Position numbers and translations under genes: made by a program. This document shows positions 61,473-64,000 of a stretch of 64,000 nt of DNA, piece after piece (the stretch's first letter is position 1; each line of letters opens with the position of its first letter). Source of the stretch: an uncultured Chloroflexia bacterium (GTDB lineage: Bacteria > Chloroflexota > UBA6077 > JACCZL01); the NCBI GenBank assembly GCA_963765765.1, contig CAVXYC010000010.1:234076-298075 (forward strand), in the 5' to 3' direction. Below the pieces are notes generated by a model that worked only from the letters and a program-made list of their open reading frames with translations, was not told the origin of the DNA and made no database searches.

Positions 61473-61993
61473 GCGAGGAGCGATCGCTGTACGGAAATAA
61501 GTGGGACATGAGTCGCCGTCTGGCCGCGCTGACCATGTTAGGCCTGGGAGCAGGCATCGTGGCACTGGATCAGTGGACCAAGCAGCTTGCCGTAGCGCAT
61601 CTGCTTGATTCGGGCGTCCGCTCCATTCCGGTGCTTGGACCATACATTCGATTCACCTATGTTGAGAATCGAGGCGCGGCGTTTGGGCTGCTACAGGAGC
61701 AGACATCGTTCTTCATCATAGTCGGCCTCATCGTCATCGGTGTCATTCTCTATAGCTTTCGCCAGATGTCGCGGCCGAGCGTGATCCTGACGCTGGCCCT
61801 GGGTCTCCAGCTTGGCGGAGCTATCGGCAACCTGATTGACCGGGTCCGTTTTGGTTATGTCGTGGATTTTATGGACCTATCGGTCTGGCCCGTGTTCAAC
61901 GTGGCTGATTCCGCCATCGTTTGCGGCGTGATTGGATTGGCGTACACGCTGGCGTTCCCACCGAGGACTGCCACCGCGCCGTCCAATGCGTAG
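61469..61993 (+). CDS. lspA: Signal peptidase II
   Basis: DQWTK, NRGAAFG, GNLIDR, VVDF, FNVAD. Confidence 0.95.
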   Translation: MSEERSLYGNKWDMSRRLAALTMLGLGAGIVALDQWTKQLAVAHLLDSGVRSIPVLGPYIRFTYVENRGAAFGLLQEQTSFFIIVGLIVIGVILYSFRQMSRPSVILTLALGLQLGGAIGNLIDRVRFGYVVDFMDLSVWPVFNVADSAIVCGVIGLAYTLAFPPRTATAPSNA

Positions 61994-62968
61994 CCGTCAG
62001 CCCGTCCGACCTACCATGCACACGGCGCCGGGCGGTCGGGAGATCGTCACAGTGCCAGCGTACGTGCACGGAGAGCGGCTGGACGCTTTCCTCACCAAGA
62101 ACGTGGGCGGACGCTCGCGCTCAGACTGGCAACGACTGGTTGAGCTGGAGCTGATCAAGGTCAATGGCCGACCTGTGAAACCCAGCACGCGCGTATGGCC
62201 GAACGAGCGCGTCTCCATTGACCCCGTTGCGCCGCACGCGGAGCTCCGCCCGGCCACGGAGATCCCCCTGGACATCGTTTACGAGGACGACGCGATGGTG
62301 GTGGTCAACAAACCGCCCGGGCTCGTGGTGCATCCGGCGCCGGGACATGCGTCCGATACGCTCGTAAATGCCCTTCTGGCACGCTTCCCTGAGCTCCAGG
62401 ACCCGACTGGCGAGCTCCGCCGGGAATCGTTCATCGGCTGGACAAGGACACGTCCGGTCTCATCGTGATCGGCCGCACTACTGAGGCAATTGCCGATCTG
62501 CAACGGCAGATGAAGGATCGCACGTCAGTCAAGCGCTACTACCTGCTGGTCAATGGCGTGATTCACGAAGACGAGGCGGTCATCGACGCTCCTATAGGTC
62601 GAGATTTTCGCGACCGCCAGAAGATGTCGGTACGTGCCGATCAACGCGAGGCGGTCACGCGATTTCGGGTAGTCGAGCGGTTTGAGGACTACACGCTGGT
62701 GGATGCGACGCTGGAAACTGGTCGCACGCATCAGCTTCGCGTGCATTTCGCGTTCATCGGTCACGGCGTGGCTGCTGACGGAACCTATGGCTCGGGACAA
62801 CGACCGGCGGGTCTGCACCGCCAGTTCGTGCACGCTCATTACTTGAGGCTGGAGAGTCCGGCCAATGGCCAGACAGTGGAGCTGGATATTCCGCTGGCTC
62901 CCGACCTGCAGGCTACGATCGACGAGCTTCACCGACAGCGCGGCAAACGGGAGGCCCGAGGTGGCTGA
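61986..62968 (+). CDS. RluA/RluD family pseudouridine synthase; apparent frameshift near 62420
   Basis: S4 domain, NKPPGLVVHP, reconstructed RPGIVHRLDKDTSG, TGRTHQLRVH. Confidence 0.9.
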
Positions 62969-64000
62969 TCAACCGGTCCGTGTTCGCATTGCCCCCTCAC
63001 CCACCGGAGATCCGCACGTTGGCACCGCGTACGTCGCGCTTTTCAACGCCGCCTTCGCGCAGCGTCACGGCGGCCAGTTTGTGCTACGTATCGAGGACAC
63101 CGATCAGGCGCGCTACGTCGCCGATTCGGAGCGACTGATCTACGAGTCTCTGGCGTGGCTGGGCATCACCTGGCACGAGGGACCGAACGTCGGCGGACCA
63201 TACGGTCCCTATCGCCAGTCCGAGCGTCAGCCGATCCACCAGCAGCATGCGCGGATGCTGGTGGAAAGTGGTGGCGGTTACTACTGCTTCTGCTCCGCGG
63301 AGCGCCTGGAGCAGGTGCGTAAGGAGCAGATGGCCCGCAAGGAACCGGCGAAATACGATGGGCATTGCCGTGACATTCCGTTGGACGAGGCAGATCGCCG
63401 CATCGGGGCCGGTGAGAAGGCCGTAGTCCGACTGAAAGTGCCTAATGAAGGCGAAACAGGCTGGCACGATCTCATCCGCAACGACGTGCTATTCCAGAAC
63501 GCGGTGTTGAATGACGCCGTGCTACTGAAGACCGACGGATTTCCCACATACCACCTGGCCAACGTGGTGGACGACCATCTGATGAAGGTCAGTCACGTTT
63601 CGCGCGCCGAGGAATGGGTGTCCAGCACGCCACTGCACCTGCTGCTTTATAAGGCGTTTGGCTGGGACGTACCGGTGTTCGCGCACCTGCCACTTCTGCG
63701 GAATCGCGACAAGAGCAAGATCTCAAAGCGCAAGAACCCTACGTCACTCAAGTGGTTCGAGGCTGAGGGATATCTGCCCGAAGCCATGGTGAATTTCCTG
63801 GCGCTTATGGGCTGGTCTATGCCCGACGGTCGGGAGATCTTTACCTACGACGATATCGTCGCCAATTTCTCCTGGGAGCGCGTGAATCCTGCCGGGCCAG
63901 TCTTTGACCTCGACAAACTGGAATGGCTCAACGGTAGCTACATCCGATCGCTCGAGCTTGATGACTTGATCACCCGGCGACTCCGTTTATCGAAGCCTGG
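62961..64000 (+). CDS. gltX: Glutamate--tRNA ligase; runs off the right window edge
   Basis: Manual translation: VRVRIAPSPTGDPHVGT, LRIEDTD, YRQSER, PTYHLANVVDDH, KISKR. Confidence 0.95.
   Translation, partial: MADQPVRVRIAPSPTGDPHVGTAYVALFNAAFAQRHGGQFVLRIEDTDQARYVADSERLIYESLAWLGITWHEGPNVGGPYGPYRQSERQPIHQQHARMLVESGGGYYCFCSAERLEQVRKEQMARKEPAKYDGHCRDIPLDEADRRIGAGEKAVVRLKVPNEGETGWHDLIRNDVLFQNAVLNDAVLLKTDGFPTYHLANVVDDHLMKVSHVSRAEEWVSSTPLHLLLYKAFGWDVPVFAHLPLLRNRDKSKISKRKNPTSLKWFEAEGYLPEAMVNFLALMGWSMPDGREIFTYDDIVANFSWERVNPAGPVFDLDKLEWLNGSYIRSLELDDLITRRLRLSKP

Overview
This is a GC-rich bacterial chromosomal segment, most likely Chloroflexota. The assignment rests on the DUF2298/'YYY' and TIGR03663-type membrane proteins and the tmRNA tag GERPQALAA. 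Housekeeping genes include rpsF-ssb-rpsR, mutS-mutL-mug, smpB-ssrA, a S41 peptidase, gdhA, dapL, miaA, hemW, aspS and ileS-lspA-rluA-gltX. A ~19-kb co-oriented cell-envelope glycosylation locus (15.0-34.2 kb) encodes an RfbE-like epimerase, a GT4, a methyltransferase, four large GT-C-type membrane proteins, three UPF0104 flippase-like proteins and Ugd. A RidA/GlcG/ABC-transporter module lies at the left end. The most notable unannotated signals are: (1) a dif-like 11-6-11 site ~90 bp upstream of a lone 358-aa tyrosine recombinase, resembling single-recombinase XerS/difSL or XerH/difH systems; (2) the archaeal-like GT-C glycosylation locus; (3) an IleRS with a GVHH signature and a possible RNA switch in its leader; (4) a 184-bp MITE with a 9-bp target-site duplication; (5) several REP/REPIN-like palindrome families. 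Many genes, including essential ones, carry single-base frameshifts, which are most likely long-read indel errors rather than pseudogenes. All family assignments come from motif recognition by eye; no database searches were run.
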